Positions 28,273 to 39,884 of a stretch of 64,000 nt of DNA are shown in pieces. The first letter of the stretch is position 1. The number at the start of each line of letters is the position of its first letter. The DNA is taken from the NCBI GenBank assembly GCA_020831535.1, contig JAFIGF010000186.1, positions 1,813-65,812 on the forward strand. The letters are read 5' to 3'. The position numbers were made by a program, and so were the translations under genes. A model generated the notes under the pieces. The model was not told the origin of the DNA and searched no databases. It saw only the letters and a list, made by a program, of their open reading frames with translations. Source of the stretch: Opitutales bacterium (lineage in GTDB: Bacteria > Verrucomicrobiota > Verrucomicrobiia > Opitutales > T3Sed10-336).

Positions 28273-28929
28273 ATGTCTAAGAAGAGGGACAGGCTCTTTC
28301 AGTTAATGCTATTTACGGGGTTTTTTCTGTTTACCACCAATGATGGCGGCACCAGCGAAATTGAATGGAAGGGGCATTTCAAACTGGGTGGAACCAAATA
28401 TTTCAGTCTATATGACATTTCCACAGAGCGCTCAAGATGGATGAACGAGGGGGAAGAGGCTGGAGGGCTAAAAGTCATCCGCTATGATCGAGAAACGGGA
28501 ACATTGAAGATAGGCAATCAAGGTGAAAAACATTCCCTATCTCTGGGCGCAGCCCAACCCAGGCAATTCGAAACCGTAGAATTTTTGCGAGACCTGGACA
28601 ATCCGGAATTTGCCGAATTCATTGATGATTGGATGGCCTTGGTTGAAGAGCACAGTTACTGGCGCAAGGAGGAAAGTATTTTCTCCGCCCTACGAGCCCG
28701 AGCCCGTCTCTTGCACAACGAGGGAGCGGCAGAGGAGCCAAGAAAATCTCCAAAGAGCTTGCATGAAAAACAAGAAGAACTCTATGAAGCTTTCCGCCGA
28801 AGTCGGGATTTTGTATTGCCCCGCTTGTTGGGTGAGGAAGCCTTTTCGCCCTATACTGAAGAGGAGCTAAAAAGGATGCTCTTATTTAGGGTTTATGGTG
28901 GCCGCCCACTCGCCTTGCCCCAAGAGTGA
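28273..28929 (+). CDS. Hypothetical protein with N-terminal hydrophobic segment
   Basis: 218-aa ORF, 14 nt after aroA. No recognisable motif. Confidence 0.45.
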   Translation: MSKKRDRLFQLMLFTGFFLFTTNDGGTSEIEWKGHFKLGGTKYFSLYDISTERSRWMNEGEEAGGLKVIRYDRETGTLKIGNQGEKHSLSLGAAQPRQFETVEFLRDLDNPEFAEFIDDWMALVEEHSYWRKEESIFSALRARARLLHNEGAAEEPRKSPKSLHEKQEELYEAFRRSRDFVLPRLLGEEAFSPYTEEELKRMLLFRVYGGRPLALPQE

Positions 28930-29003
28930 TTCGCTGGTAGACTTGAAAAATCCTCAGGGCAGTGTGAGAGTAAGTCTTTATCCTCAACCTCATCGTTAAA
29001 CCT

Positions 29004-29603
29004 ATGAAAACTTTCATCATTAATGGCAGTCACCGTAAAGAAGCGGAATCGCTAAAAACGGCCAAGTTCATCCAACAGACCCTCTCGTCAATGTTACCCG
29101 AGCGTGAGACTTACGTATTTTCCCTATCTGAAAACCCCTTAAGCCTTTGGGATGAGACCCAAGGGGGACCAAATCCTGACCAATGGGAAGAACCCTCCCG
29201 CCACCTCAAAGAAGCCGATAGTCTCATTGTGGTTTGCCCGGAATGGAATGGGATGGTGACCGCTGGATTGAAAAATTTCCTACATTTCTGCGGCACCGAC
29301 TTGGTTGGGCACAAGGCCGGTTACATTGTTACGGTTAGCGCTTCTGATAACGGGGCCTACCCAGTCGCTGAATTGCGCATGAACGGCACCAAGAACAATC
29401 GCCTCTGCTGGATTCCTGAGCATCTAATTGTTCGCCAAGTTGGCGAAGTCTTCAATGGGCCTGAGGCCGCTGGAAAGAGCGACGCTTATCTCCGCAAACG
29501 GTTGCAATACGGTTTACGAATTCTCGATGCCTATGCCAAAACCCTAACTCCTATCCGGGATGGGGATTTGATCGATCACGAAGCCTTTCCCAACGGAATG
29601 TAA
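29004..29603 (+). CDS. NAD(P)H-dependent FMN reductase-family oxidoreductase
   Basis: 199-aa ORF with a flavodoxin-like start (MKTFIINGSHRKEAES) and the motif PEWNGMVTAGLKNFL. Confidence 0.7.
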   Translation: MKTFIINGSHRKEAESLKTAKFIQQTLSSMLPERETYVFSLSENPLSLWDETQGGPNPDQWEEPSRHLKEADSLIVVCPEWNGMVTAGLKNFLHFCGTDLVGHKAGYIVTVSASDNGAYPVAELRMNGTKNNRLCWIPEHLIVRQVGEVFNGPEAAGKSDAYLRKRLQYGLRILDAYAKTLTPIRDGDLIDHEAFPNGM

Positions 29604-29701
29604 AGAAATGGAATAAGGGCCTTCACAGAGTACGCCCCCGTCTATCTTCGTACGCTCACTTCCTAGCTGAGATTTCCAACGCATACCGAACATCGGTCCC
29701 C

Positions 29702-30682
29702 ATGAGCATCCCTGATATTTTCAGTTCGCATCCGAATCGGCAGATAGGTTCCTTGGGAGAGACCGCGATTCTTCAGCAAATTCGGGAACGATTGGCGGAG
29801 TGTATCCCTTCCGGACTGGAAGGCCCTTTCGATGATGCCGCACTTTTGCCGCGGGAAGAGAGCGACGGATTAATCACGGTCGATCCGGTGGTATTTGGCA
29901 TGCATTTTGACCAATCCATGCGGCCTCGAGAAGTCGGACGAAAACTGGTAAACCGTAATATCAGTGACATTGCAGCGATGGGAGGAACACCTACCCGCGC
30001 CGTTCTCTCGTTAATCCTGCCTTCAAATGCCTCCGTCGAATGGTTGGATGAATTCCTGCGCGGCATGGTGGCTGCCGCTCTCGAAGGAAAGGTCTTGATC
30101 GTTGGGGGAGACCTCTCAGCCAGCCATAAGGACTGGATCGCCAGCCTAACCCTTCTGGGGAAAGCCACCAGCCGTGCGATTCCCCGTCACGGGGTTCAGC
30201 CGAATGATCTTCTATGGGTCACCGGAAAACTCGGCGGTAGTCTTCATAGTGGGCATCATTTAAACTTCTCGCCCAGGGTTGCCGAAGGAAAATGGCTTGC
30301 CTGCCAACCAACGGTTCGAACCATGATGGACATTAGCGATGGCTTGGGGAAGGACCTTCCGGCAATGCTGGAAACTTTTTCTGCTTATCTCGACGAGACC
30401 CAAATCCCCATTTCTCCAGCCGCTCGGGAACTGGAAAAGAAATCGGGCAAAAGTGCCTTACACCATGCGTTTAATGATGGTGAAGATTACGAATTGTTGT
30501 TTTCCACTGAGGGCAATTTGGATATCGAGGAATTTACGCGGGAATGGCAGAAAATCTTCTCCACGCCCATCAGCAATATCGGAAAGGTTCTCCCTGGCAA
30601 CGAGAGCAACCAATCCAAGCCGTTCATTTTTCGGCAAAAAATAGAATCGAGCGATTGGAAAGGCTATGAACATCTTTGCTAA
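29702..30682 (+). CDS. thiL: Thiamine-monophosphate kinase
   Basis: 326-aa ORF with AIR-synthase-like motifs: GETAILQQI, DDAALL and NRNISDIAAMGGTP. Confidence 0.85.
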   Translation: MSIPDIFSSHPNRQIGSLGETAILQQIRERLAECIPSGLEGPFDDAALLPREESDGLITVDPVVFGMHFDQSMRPREVGRKLVNRNISDIAAMGGTPTRAVLSLILPSNASVEWLDEFLRGMVAAALEGKVLIVGGDLSASHKDWIASLTLLGKATSRAIPRHGVQPNDLLWVTGKLGGSLHSGHHLNFSPRVAEGKWLACQPTVRTMMDISDGLGKDLPAMLETFSAYLDETQIPISPAARELEKKSGKSALHHAFNDGEDYELLFSTEGNLDIEEFTREWQKIFSTPISNIGKVLPGNESNQSKPFIFRQKIESSDWKGYEHLC

Positions 30683-30713
30683 ATTGTCGGAAGGTTGTGC
30701 AACCGGGTCTCCA

Positions 30714-31109
30714 ATGGAAACCAGAGAGCTGGCCGCCGCATTGGCCCGTGCCCTGCCACCTGATCAAACCCTATCCCTACACGGAACATTGGGAGTCGGC
30801 AAAACGACATTCACCAGTGGTTTGGCAGAAGGGTTTGGTATTCAGGCCAAAGTCACCAGTCCGACCTTTCAATTTTACAATATCTACGAATCCCCCCAAC
30901 GCCAGTTGATTCACCTGGATGCGTATCGTTTAGAGAACAGTGAACAAGCCAACGAGTTGTTGCTGGAGGAGTTTTTACACTCCCCCTGGTGTCTGGTCGT
31001 TGAATGGCCCGAGCAAATCGAGGAGTGGCTGCCTGAACCCTGCCAACATATTTACCTAAGCATTATGAAGGACAAACGTCATTTCATACGGGGAATTTTC
31101 GACTTCTGA
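30714..31109 (+). CDS. tsaE: tRNA t6A biosynthesis ATPase TsaE
   Basis: It has a P-loop (LHGTLGVGKTTFTSGL) and the motif HLDAYRL. The start is placed at METREL (30714); the track ORF begins at 30666 and would overlap thiL. Confidence 0.8.
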   Translation: METRELAAALARALPPDQTLSLHGTLGVGKTTFTSGLAEGFGIQAKVTSPTFQFYNIYESPQRQLIHLDAYRLENSEQANELLLEEFLHSPWCLVVEWPEQIEEWLPEPCQHIYLSIMKDKRHFIRGIFDF

Positions 31110-31152
31110 AGAACATTTTCCAATCCCCAGGGTCGACAAATTGTCGGCTCTA

Positions 31153-33273
31153 ATGACAAATCCTTTAAATAAAATATCCCTGCTTTTGATCGTGACCGCT
31201 CTATGCTTTTGGAGCGGTCCAATCCTATGGGCAGGGGAACCATTCTCCCTGGAGAATGGTCGTGTAGTCCCCAAGTTGCCCGAAGCCCCGGAATCCCTGC
31301 AAAACTCTGATTGGCCCGAGGAGGCTGAAAATGAAATGCTCGACAGGTTCCAAACGCTGATTGAGCAAGCTCGGGAGAGGAATCTCTCCTTTCGGAAATA
31401 CGGAGAGCATAAAGCTCAAGCCTTTCCGGATTTGTTATTGCGGCTGTTTACCTCTGACCAAGAGAAATCGCTCCAACTCCTGCAAGAGGAGGAACTCGAT
31501 GGGACAGCGCACCATTGGACCGAAGGGATCGATTTTTATTGGAGTGTAGTTTTGCCCTATCAAATTCGCAAATACTTCTACTTCGGCGAACTCCTCGACC
31601 CGGCTTACCAGCAACGCATGTACAGCGGTGGCCGTCGCTGGACGGAGGAAGACCCTCGGCCTGGGTTTGATTTAATCAACCAGTTAAATTCCACTAACGC
31701 AGAGGCGTCTTCGTATGCTCTCGAAATCCTGCTGAAGATGTCGACGGAGTGGTCCAACCACTTTGAGCCCCCTGCCCCCAATGCCAACGAGGAAAAGGAG
31801 GACTGGGTCGCTTGGTGGAACCCCTTACTGGAGCGAGGCTGGCAAATTTACGAAGAAAAGGAACGAATCCTAAATCCCTACCCTCATCCTCGTTTTGACC
31901 ACGGCACAGGGCCGGTCGGAAGAGAGTGGACTCCTTTGGCGAGAGGAATGCGAGCTGACCCTAGAAACACGCAAAATCTCCGCACAATGCGGGACACCAG
32001 CATTTATCTGATGGCCGAAGAAACCGGAAATGAAAGGGTCCGCCAACTCTATAAGGAAAAAATACGCGAACAAATTGCCCTTCTCTATCAAGTAGGCTAT
32101 GGCGAATGGGATGCTGACTACTACCTGACCGGAATATTTGCGGCCTACCACAACCTTTATGATTTCGCGCGCGACAAAGAGGTTATTGGTCTGGCCAAGG
32201 CAGCGCTCGACTGGCACTACACAGCGGCCGCCCTCAAATACCGCCGAGGGGTTTTTGGTGGCCCGGCCAAAAGGACCACTACACGGGAACTTGGCAATTA
32301 CCTCGCCTTCCTTTTCGGCAATTACCCCGAGGAGAAAAACATTTCTTTCAGCCCGATGGCGTTATTCCCGGCAACCAGTGCCTATCGCCCTCCTGCCGCA
32401 GTCTTAGCCTTGGCTCGTCAGGAATTTCCGGCCGCCGAAATTTTCGCAATCAAGCCACCTTATTCTCCCCATCTGCCGGGTCACAAAGCCAAACGGGAAA
32501 GTTACGAGACGTTGTTCATCGGGGAAACGTTCACGTTGGGAACAATCAACAGCAATCAGTTCAGTCGAAGCAGCAGGCGCTGGCACCTCCTTGCCGATCA
32601 TTCCACCGAAGGTGCGGTATCGTTCTTCATAAATTCCGGCAACCACCCTCACCGAACACTCCGCCCAACAGATCAAATCGCCCAAGCCGGGGGAGCCGCT
32701 CTTTGGCTTCGCCCCAACGATGGTCGCAGCTTATCCTTCAGCATTCCCGCGGGGACAAAGGGGCGGATTCACCGGAACTTCTGGGTTCTGGAGATAGAAA
32801 ACACCTGGATTGCCATTCGCCCTATCGGGTTGGCTAAAGAAGGGTTACGTCCATTTCTTCAAAACGACGAAGGTGGAGATTTTGTCTTGCGCCAGGTGCC
32901 AACTTTGGAAACGCCCTTTATTGGTTTTGCCATGGAGGTGGGCAACCCCGAATCACATGGGTCTCTAAGCCGCTTTATCAGTAATATTTCTCAAGTTCAG
33001 GAACTGGACCTGTCGAATTTACCGGAAGGAAAGGTTGGCATGGTCACGAGTAAAGGGATTGATTTGGTTTTACATCACCAGGAAGAATCGCTCCCGCAAA
33101 TTCATATCCTTGGGAAACCTCTCGATTGGGATAGCGGGGAACAGTGGTCCTCAATTGGTGGCGAAGGCCCGGTTTTTCTGGATGGCTCGCGGGGAGAGCT
33201 CTCTGTGGAAGCCGGGGGATACAGTTTTCGCCAAACAATCACTTCCGTTGAGAAAAAAGCCTCCAAGCGTTGA
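31153..33273 (+). CDS. Secreted hypothetical protein
   Basis: Long ORF with a signal-peptide-like start (MTNPLNKISLLLIVTALCFWSGPILWA) at ATG 31153; the track ORF starts at TTG 31141. No motif was recognised. Confidence 0.6.
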   Translation: MTNPLNKISLLLIVTALCFWSGPILWAGEPFSLENGRVVPKLPEAPESLQNSDWPEEAENEMLDRFQTLIEQARERNLSFRKYGEHKAQAFPDLLLRLFTSDQEKSLQLLQEEELDGTAHHWTEGIDFYWSVVLPYQIRKYFYFGELLDPAYQQRMYSGGRRWTEEDPRPGFDLINQLNSTNAEASSYALEILLKMSTEWSNHFEPPAPNANEEKEDWVAWWNPLLERGWQIYEEKERILNPYPHPRFDHGTGPVGREWTPLARGMRADPRNTQNLRTMRDTSIYLMAEETGNERVRQLYKEKIREQIALLYQVGYGEWDADYYLTGIFAAYHNLYDFARDKEVIGLAKAALDWHYTAAALKYRRGVFGGPAKRTTTRELGNYLAFLFGNYPEEKNISFSPMALFPATSAYRPPAAVLALARQEFPAAEIFAIKPPYSPHLPGHKAKRESYETLFIGETFTLGTINSNQFSRSSRRWHLLADHSTEGAVSFFINSGNHPHRTLRPTDQIAQAGGAALWLRPNDGRSLSFSIPAGTKGRIHRNFWVLEIENTWIAIRPIGLAKEGLRPFLQNDEGGDFVLRQVPTLETPFIGFAMEVGNPESHGSLSRFISNISQVQELDLSNLPEGKVGMVTSKGIDLVLHHQEESLPQIHILGKPLDWDSGEQWSSIGGEGPVFLDGSRGELSVEAGGYSFRQTITSVEKKASKR

Positions 33274-33304
33274 AAGAAGGTTCCCGCAGAGAAAGATTTT
33301 CCCG

Positions 33305-33333
33305 TTGCTCAATCCTAAAAAGTGCCCCATAGT
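33305..33333 (+). promoter_or_regulatory. Putative promoter of tRNA-Ala
   Basis: TTGCTC (33305-33310), a 17-nt spacer, then CATAGT (33328-33333), 11 nt before the tRNA 5' end. Confidence 0.35.
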
Positions 33334-33344
33334 GATTCGATAGT

Positions 33345-33420
33345 GGGGCTGTAGCTCAGTTGGAAGAGCGCGTCGTTCGCAATGACGAGGTCGTCGGTTC
33401 GATCCCGATCAGCTCCACCA
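33345..33420 (+). tRNA. tRNA-Ala (anticodon CGC)
   Basis: The cloverleaf folds by hand: acceptor GGGGCTG/CAGCTCC with the G3:U70 identity pair, anticodon loop TTCGCAA, T-loop TTCGATC, and an encoded CCA. Confidence 0.95.
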
Positions 33421-33470
33421 AAATCCTTTCGAGCGTTCTGGCAAAAGGTATTTGGGCGGAAAGTCCCTCC

Positions 33471-34016
33471 TTAGGAAGCATTCCTTTTCTGACGAAGGTC
33501 TGCCAGAAGGCGAACATGCTTGGTCGTTTGCCAGGCAAGAATCCGATACACCGCATCCAAAACTGCGGCTACCGCCAGTCCTACAATAAAACCACCCATA
33601 ATAAGAGAGTTGATCGGCCCGACCGGTCCGATTCCCAGAAAGTTGAAGACCCCCTTCCCTACTTGATAGGTGGTGTAATAAACCGGAACGGCGGTCAACG
33701 GATTGGTAATGATTTGCAAAAACACGGCAATCGGCACATTGGAGCGAAACAAAAGAGCGGCAAAAAAGGAGATCGCAATCTGAAGTCCATAAATAGGCAA
33801 AAACGCGACAATCGTTCCCGCGTAGATCGAAGGTATGACGTAAGGAACCTTAAAACACCATAAATAGCTCCGGTTACGCGCCAACCGCGAAAAATACCGA
33901 ATGACCGGATAACGGTCCAAATTACTCTTACGAGGCATCCAGCGCAGGAATTTCTTTACTCGGCGAATACGGGAGTATTTCAGATTTCGAAGTTCCTGCT
34001 CATTGATATCGTTCAT
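33471..34016 (-). CDS. DUF2062-family membrane protein
   Basis: 181-aa ORF. The basic N-terminus (RRVKKFLRWMPRKSNLDRYP) is followed by 3-4 TM helices, the pattern typical of DUF2062. Confidence 0.65.
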   Translation of the reverse strand: MNDINEQELRNLKYSRIRRVKKFLRWMPRKSNLDRYPVIRYFSRLARNRSYLWCFKVPYVIPSIYAGTIVAFLPIYGLQIAISFFAALLFRSNVPIAVFLQIITNPLTAVPVYYTTYQVGKGVFNFLGIGPVGPINSLIMGGFIVGLAVAAVLDAVYRILAWQTTKHVRLLADLRQKRNAS

Positions 34017-34171
34017 GAAAAATAGCGAAGCCTTAAAGTACCAAATTTCGGGCCAATGACGAGAGACTTTGACGTATCAAGGAAAAAAATTACGATCCCC
34101 CGGAGCGCGGCAACGAACAGGGTTCAGTTAGACCGATTTTTTAATAGCTCCGCGTTCCGCTTTTCAAACCC

Positions 34172-35476
34172 TCAGGAGAATTGAGCGGAAAGAGATAAAA
34201 CCGCGCTAAAAATGGCATAGGCAACGATTCCGACAAAAGTGACCGCAGCAATCAATACTCCCGAGGTGACAACCCCGGTAAAAACCCGCAATTGCTTGCT
34301 CAAATGGCCTTCCAATTGCCGTGAGACCTCCTTCAACGACGGGACAATATTTCCGGTATTTTCACCTACTCCGATCATATCCAAGACTAAATCCGGAAAG
34401 CATTCCGTTTGGGCAAAAGCCCCCGAGATGCTCGCCCCATCGGCCACCAATGGCCGAACCACTTCAAACCGTTCCTTAATTTTTCGGTTGGAAATTACGT
34501 TCTCGCTCATACGCAGGGCATCGATCGTGGTAATACCATTTTCCAAAAGAGCAGAAAACGTTTGGGTTATCGCCAAAACATCGGAATACTGCAAAAACTT
34601 TCCCAACACTGGTAGTTGGACCAAAATCCGGTCTTTAACCGCCGCGCCCTTGGGCGTCCGGGACCACTGCCATAAAGCCAGAACAATCAAGGCCAAACCC
34701 GCAAAAACCCATATCCCATACACCACCATGAAAGCCGAGAAATCCATGAGGAGTTGGGTGAGAAATGGAAGATCAGACCCCAGGGACAAAAGCAAAGATT
34801 CCATCCGGGGAAAGAGAAAATAGACACAGAAGATTAAAACCAAATTCGCCAGGATGAAAATGAAGGCGGGATAGGCCAGCGCCATTTTCACGCGGCTAAT
34901 TAAGGTCTCTCGTTCCTCCAGGTAAACAACCAGCCGCTTCAAAATCTCACGCAGGCTCCCCGTGGCCTCACCCGCTTGGATCAGGTAAACCGTCGAAGAA
35001 TCGAATACCCTGGGAATCTGCGCCATCGCATCGGAGACCGACAACCCCGAAGAAACCCCTTCCCAAATCTGATGGGCAATTTTCTTTAAAACGGGATCCC
35101 GAAAGCGGGTTCCCAACAAGCGAACAGCATCACCAACTGGCATTCCACTGGCAATGAGGTCGGACAAAGCCCTCAGGAAAGGCAAGCGATGAGAAGGCTT
35201 CAGAGAGCCTCCCCCAAAGGAGAAGGCCCTGGCTGGCGGATTTTTTCCGGTCTCAGTAGTTTTGGCTTTTCGAGAGGAGGACTGTTTTTTACTTTCGTCA
35301 GTTTTCTTGCGCGAAGTGAACCCGGCTTTAGTTGATTTAGCCGTTTCACTCACCGATACCGGAGTGAGCCCCTGCAACGACAACTTGCGTACCGCCTCAC
35401 GGCGAGATCCCGCCTCGAGCGTTCCCTGGACGGATTTTCCAGTGGCATTGCGGGCGTTATAGGCAAACTGACTCAT
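34172..35476 (-). CDS. gspF: Type II secretion / type IV pilus platform protein GspF/PilC family
   Basis: It has two GspF-type repeats and 3 TM helices. The start is placed at MSQFAYNARNATGK (35476); the track ORF extends to 35563 and would overlap gspE. Confidence 0.85.
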   Translation of the reverse strand: MSQFAYNARNATGKSVQGTLEAGSRREAVRKLSLQGLTPVSVSETAKSTKAGFTSRKKTDESKKQSSSRKAKTTETGKNPPARAFSFGGGSLKPSHRLPFLRALSDLIASGMPVGDAVRLLGTRFRDPVLKKIAHQIWEGVSSGLSVSDAMAQIPRVFDSSTVYLIQAGEATGSLREILKRLVVYLEERETLISRVKMALAYPAFIFILANLVLIFCVYFLFPRMESLLLSLGSDLPFLTQLLMDFSAFMVVYGIWVFAGLALIVLALWQWSRTPKGAAVKDRILVQLPVLGKFLQYSDVLAITQTFSALLENGITTIDALRMSENVISNRKIKERFEVVRPLVADGASISGAFAQTECFPDLVLDMIGVGENTGNIVPSLKEVSRQLEGHLSKQLRVFTGVVTSGVLIAAVTFVGIVAYAIFSAVLSLSAQFS

Positions 35477-35493
35477 AGGCTCTACCGACTCTC

Positions 35494-37182
35494 TCAGCCG
35501 TCCATCGACATGACCCGCATAACTTCTTCCATGGTTGTACGCCCCCGCTGGACTTGCTCCCAACCAGAATAACGCAGATCCTTCATCCCCTCCCTAGAGG
35601 CGACTTTACGAAACTCACGGGCAGACTGCCGGTTAACAATCAAATCATGGAGGCTCTCCCCTACCCGCAAGATTTCAAAAATCCCCACTCGGCCACGAAA
35701 GCCCATATTGCGGCAGGCATCACAGCCAACGGGACGTTTCAGTGACTGCACCTTGTCGGCTTCTTTCGGATCGATTCCGAGATACACTAAATCTGCCCGC
35801 AGAGCTTGCAAATCGACCGGCTCCTCCCGCGCACATTTCTCGCAAAGGCGCCGGATCAACCTTTGGGCCATCACTAATTCCACCGCAGAGGCGATGAGAA
35901 AGGGTTCGATTCCCATATCGGTCAACCGCGTCAGAGCACTCGGGGCGTCGTTGGTATGCAGGGTACTAAAAACCAAGTGTCCGGTCAGGGACGCACGGAT
36001 TGAAATATCCGCAGTTTCCCGGTCACGAATTTCCCCCACCATGATCACATCGGGGTCTTGTCGTAAGATGTGCCGAAGGGCGCCGGCAAACTCGAGGCCG
36101 ATCTCCGGACGCACCTGGATCTGGTTCACTCCGGGAACTTCATACTCCACGGGATCCTCGACGGTGAGGATTCGCTTTTCCGGTGAGTTGATTTCCCGAA
36201 TAAATGCGTTCAACGAAGTGGATTTACCGGCCCCTGTTGGTCCGGTTACCAAAATAATTCCGTAGGGAAGATGCAAAACCTGGTTGATTACCTTGCGATC
36301 TTCGGGCAATAGACCCAATTCCTCCATGGTGAAGGGTTTGCTGGACTTATTCAGTAGACGCAGCGAGACGCTCTCCCCGTACATGGTGGGAATGGTGGAT
36401 ACCCGAATGTCCAAATCCGAATCGCGAACCTGAAAGTTGATCCGCCCATCCTGCGGAAGTCGGCGCTCCGAGATGTTCATTTTGGACATGATCTTGATCC
36501 GCGAAATGATCGCTTCCTGATATCTCCGCAAATTTTCCGGGACCGGGATTGGCAGGAGGAGCCCATCGATACGATACCGAATGCGCAAAAACTCCTCTTG
36601 CGGTTCCATGTGGATATCCGTAGCCCCATCTTCAACCGCCTGGCGTACGACATCGTTGACAAAACGAACTATAGTCGCGGTTTCGTCTTCTTCCTCCTCC
36701 TCTTCCTTCTCCTCGAGAACCTCCAACGTCGAATCGTCGAGACTTTCAAAGCCTACCCCCAACTTTTGGGTAAGAAAGCCCGCTACTTTATCGGGAGGCG
36801 CTAAGGCCCATTCAACTTCCTTTCCACAAACGGCGTAAATCCACTCATTCATTTCCTCATCAGGAGGCCAAACCGTAGTGAGAAACAGGGTACCGTTTTC
36901 GGCGGGCCGGAAAGGCAAACACTGGTATTCATAAATCAACCGGGCCGGAAGTTCGGTAATCTCCTTAAAAGCCTCCTCATCGGGAAGGGTTCGTTCCAAG
37001 CCAACATTTTTTGCCAGCTCACTTAAAACCGCATCTTCACTTTTTCCGGTAGCCAAAGAGAGGGCCTCCAGCCGTTTTTGTCGAGGTTGGGAAAGGATCT
37101 CCACCCGCTGTTCCTCGGTAAGAGTCTGCAGCAAATCCGGCAAATTATTTCTTTCAGACATCTCTTTCGGCAAATCACTCAT
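35494..37182 (-). CDS. gspE: Type II secretion ATPase GspE family
   Basis: 562-aa ORF with Walker [14 protein letters not shown], Asp/His boxes and a tetracysteine motif (CEKC...CDAC). Confidence 0.9.
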   Translation of the reverse strand: MSDLPKEMSERNNLPDLLQTLTEEQRVEILSQPRQKRLEALSLATGKSEDAVLSELAKNVGLERTLPDEEAFKEITELPARLIYEYQCLPFRPAENGTLFLTTVWPPDEEMNEWIYAVCGKEVEWALAPPDKVAGFLTQKLGVGFESLDDSTLEVLEEKEEEEEEDETATIVRFVNDVVRQAVEDGATDIHMEPQEEFLRIRYRIDGLLLPIPVPENLRRYQEAIISRIKIMSKMNISERRLPQDGRINFQVRDSDLDIRVSTIPTMYGESVSLRLLNKSSKPFTMEELGLLPEDRKVINQVLHLPYGIILVTGPTGAGKSTSLNAFIREINSPEKRILTVEDPVEYEVPGVNQIQVRPEIGLEFAGALRHILRQDPDVIMVGEIRDRETADISIRASLTGHLVFSTLHTNDAPSALTRLTDMGIEPFLIASAVELVMAQRLIRRLCEKCAREEPVDLQALRADLVYLGIDPKEADKVQSLKRPVGCDACRNMGFRGRVGIFEILRVGESLHDLIVNRQSAREFRKVASREGMKDLRYSGWEQVQRGRTTMEEVMRVMSMDG

Positions 37183-37199
37183 AAGCGAAACCGTCCACG

Positions 37200-39314
37200 T
37201 TAGCGACGTCGGCGAACCGGGGCGGGAGCGTTAGCGTCATCATCATCCGAGTCTTCTCCTAGTTCCAGGCCAAAATTTCCCTCTTGCAGAAAAGTCTCCA
37301 AGGCTTCCGGTTCCGACAGGCGCTCGATCATTCGGCTCGCATCGGCGTCAGCATCCTCTGAATTTCGAATCACATGAGGGCGAATAAAAAGCAATAATTC
37401 GGTACGGTTCACCTCATTGGTGCGTCCGCGGAATAAATTCCCCACCAAGGGGATGCTTCCCAGGAACGCCACCCGGCTGCCGCTATCGCTTTCTTCAATG
37501 CTTTGCAAACCACCAAGCACGACCGTTTCGGCATCGCGAACGCTTACGAAGGAATTGGCTTCCCGGTTCCCGATGATCGGCTGTTCGTTGCCGTCAATGG
37601 TGACGTTGTCCACCACACTCTCGACCCGTTGTTCAATCTCCATCTCGACCATTCCATCAGGGGCGATCCGCGGCAACACAGACAGCTGAATCCCAATATC
37701 CCGAAACTGGATACTGGAACGCACCGTAGTCGTCACCGATCCATCGGTTTGCGAAGCGGTAATGACTGGCCTTTGCTGGCCAACGATAATCCGTGCCTCA
37801 CGGTTATGCGTGGTCACAATGGTCGGCACGGAGAGGATATTAACATTGCTATCGCTCTGCGCGGTCCTGAGCAGAGCTTCGATGGCAAAGGGGCGGCGAA
37901 CGACGTTGAAATCGAATCCGCGTCCATCAACGTCGATCTCGAAATTGTTCTCTTCGCTATCCCAAATGCCGGAGATGGCATCGATCCCCCGCGAATGACG
38001 ATCGGACAAGGTCACTTCGGCAATAACCACTTCGATCCGAACCTGAGCCAACAGAACATCGATCTTGTCGATCAATTGCTGGATCATCTCGATGTCCATC
38101 CGTGTCCCGGACACCAGAATCGCATTGCTCCGTTCATCGGGGATAATGGTCAGCAGGGAACTGAACTCACTGGACATTTCCTCGACAAATTCCTGGGCGG
38201 AGTCGCGAATTTCCTCGGGCAAAGTGGTATCAGGTTCTTGCGGTTCCGCAGGCTCCCCGTCATTGCCCTCCGGGGAAGGTGTTTCGGGAGTTTCATCGGG
38301 CCGGGTGGGCCTTTCGGGTTGATCGTTTCGACGACCATTACGGGTTTCGGGAACCCGATCACGTTCCGCAGTTTGTCCGGATACCAATTGGCTCAGGAGC
38401 GAAGCCACCTCGGAGGCCTCGGCATGTTTGAGAAAAATCACCTCATTGCGGGTTCTCGGTTCTGAACGAACATCCATCCGCTCGATAATGTTCTCAAAAT
38501 AGTCCATATTGCGGGGATCGGTAATCACGATCACCTGATTGGTTCTCTCATCCGAATCGATCAAAGTATTGGAACTCAAAATCCGTTGCATGGGTTCCTG
38601 CCGCAGAGCATTGATCCGGGAAATTACATCCGAAGCACGGGCATTCTGGATAGTGAAGAAACGGGTTTCCAGGTTCTGGTCGCGGGGACGATCAAACTCC
38701 TCCAGGAGCGCCTCCAGTCGTTGCAGGTTATTGACCGTCTCGGTGATCAAAAGGGAATTGGCCTTCTCAAAGACAATGATCGACCCGATGTTCGGAGTGA
38801 GCAGAGGGCTCACCTTTTGCACAAATTCCTCCGGGCGGAGAAAGTTCATCTGGTACATCTTGGAGACGATTCTGCCACTCGGGCGCATCTCCTGCACCGA
38901 TTCGGTAATAATCGGCACCCCCTCGGTCATCAACCGGTTCAAAGGAACAACTTTCAAGAACCGATCCCCCATGGGAGAAACACCGATTCCATTGATTCGA
39001 AGAATGGTTTCCAGGGCCTCAATGGCCTCTTCCACCTTCAGGGGGCCACGCGAATCAAAGGTAATGCTCGGAGTTGGCAAGGCCTCCGGACGGATGAGCA
39101 TCCGCCCCGTCAAGCGTTCGAGGAAAATCAACACTTGATCAACCGATTCATCCCGGAAAGTCACCCGGTCAATCTCCTCCTCCGGGTCGGGAGCGCTGCC
39201 CTGCCCCTCCAGTGGCATGGCAAGCAGGAGGAGCAAAGTGAAGCCCAAGAGGCTGAACCTTTGCCAGGGTAAGGTTTTCTCAGGTCGTAGTATTTTCTTA
39301 AAAATTTCTCTCAT
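37200..39314 (-). CDS. gspD: Secretin GspD family
   Basis: 704-aa ORF with a signal peptide, N-domains and a C-terminal secretin core ([26 protein letters not shown]...VVLGGL). A Pro/Glu/Arg-rich insertion lies between the N-domains (38181-38378). Confidence 0.85.
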   Translation of the reverse strand: MREIFKKILRPEKTLPWQRFSLLGFTLLLLLAMPLEGQGSAPDPEEEIDRVTFRDESVDQVLIFLERLTGRMLIRPEALPTPSITFDSRGPLKVEEAIEALETILRINGIGVSPMGDRFLKVVPLNRLMTEGVPIITESVQEMRPSGRIVSKMYQMNFLRPEEFVQKVSPLLTPNIGSIIVFEKANSLLITETVNNLQRLEALLEEFDRPRDQNLETRFFTIQNARASDVISRINALRQEPMQRILSSNTLIDSDERTNQVIVITDPRNMDYFENIIERMDVRSEPRTRNEVIFLKHAEASEVASLLSQLVSGQTAERDRVPETRNGRRNDQPERPTRPDETPETPSPEGNDGEPAEPQEPDTTLPEEIRDSAQEFVEEMSSEFSSLLTIIPDERSNAILVSGTRMDIEMIQQLIDKIDVLLAQVRIEVVIAEVTLSDRHSRGIDAISGIWDSEENNFEIDVDGRGFDFNVVRRPFAIEALLRTAQSDSNVNILSVPTIVTTHNREARIIVGQQRPVITASQTDGSVTTTVRSSIQFRDIGIQLSVLPRIAPDGMVEMEIEQRVESVVDNVTIDGNEQPIIGNREANSFVSVRDAETVVLGGLQSIEESDSGSRVAFLGSIPLVGNLFRGRTNEVNRTELLLFIRPHVIRNSEDADADASRMIERLSEPEALETFLQEGNFGLELGEDSDDDDANAPAPVRRRR

Positions 39315-39323
39315 AAATATCCC

Positions 39324-39884
39324 TTAGTTTTCTTCATCGGAAATCTCAACTGCCGTTATCTCATACCGGGCCTCCAAATTGCGCGGGTCATTGCGATCAG
39401 GTATTAAAATCAACTCGCCCATCGACATATAAGGCGAACGATCCTGAATACTGTCCGTAAACGCGATGATTCGTTCCATCGGCGAACGACTTAGCCGTAC
39501 GGTAACGGTATGAAATTGAAATATTTCCCCCTCTTCAGTGCGTGGGGTGTCGATACTGGGGGAGAGATCCTGGGCTCTGGCCAAGCGGTTGATTTCGGAA
39601 AGCAAGCGGGTCCGGGAAAGCAATTGATCCCGCTCCAGGCGGCCAATCTCTTCCTCGACCAAGCCTCCGATCATTTCGGCATTATCGATCCAGACCTGTT
39701 GCTGTTCGTAGGTCCGCTCGAGTTGCTGCCAGGTTTGCCAGTCCTCCCGGCTTCGATTCAGAAAGTTCAGTCCCCAAAGCAAAACCATGGTGACCAGAAA
39801 GAAAACAACCAGGAATTTTTCCCGTGGGGTTCTCTCCAAAAACGCTTCGTTGGTGACCCGAACTCCTTTTTTGATCAGTTTCAT
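39324..39884 (-). CDS. Single-pass membrane protein, GspM/PilO-like by position and topology
   Basis: 186-aa ORF with one N-terminal TM helix followed by a coiled region. It sits immediately upstream of gspD and overlaps the upstream gene by 4 nt. Confidence 0.4.
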   Translation of the reverse strand: MKLIKKGVRVTNEAFLERTPREKFLVVFFLVTMVLLWGLNFLNRSREDWQTWQQLERTYEQQQVWIDNAEMIGGLVEEEIGRLERDQLLSRTRLLSEINRLARAQDLSPSIDTPRTEEGEIFQFHTVTVRLSRSPMERIIAFTDSIQDRSPYMSMGELILIPDRNDPRNLEARYEITAVEISDEEN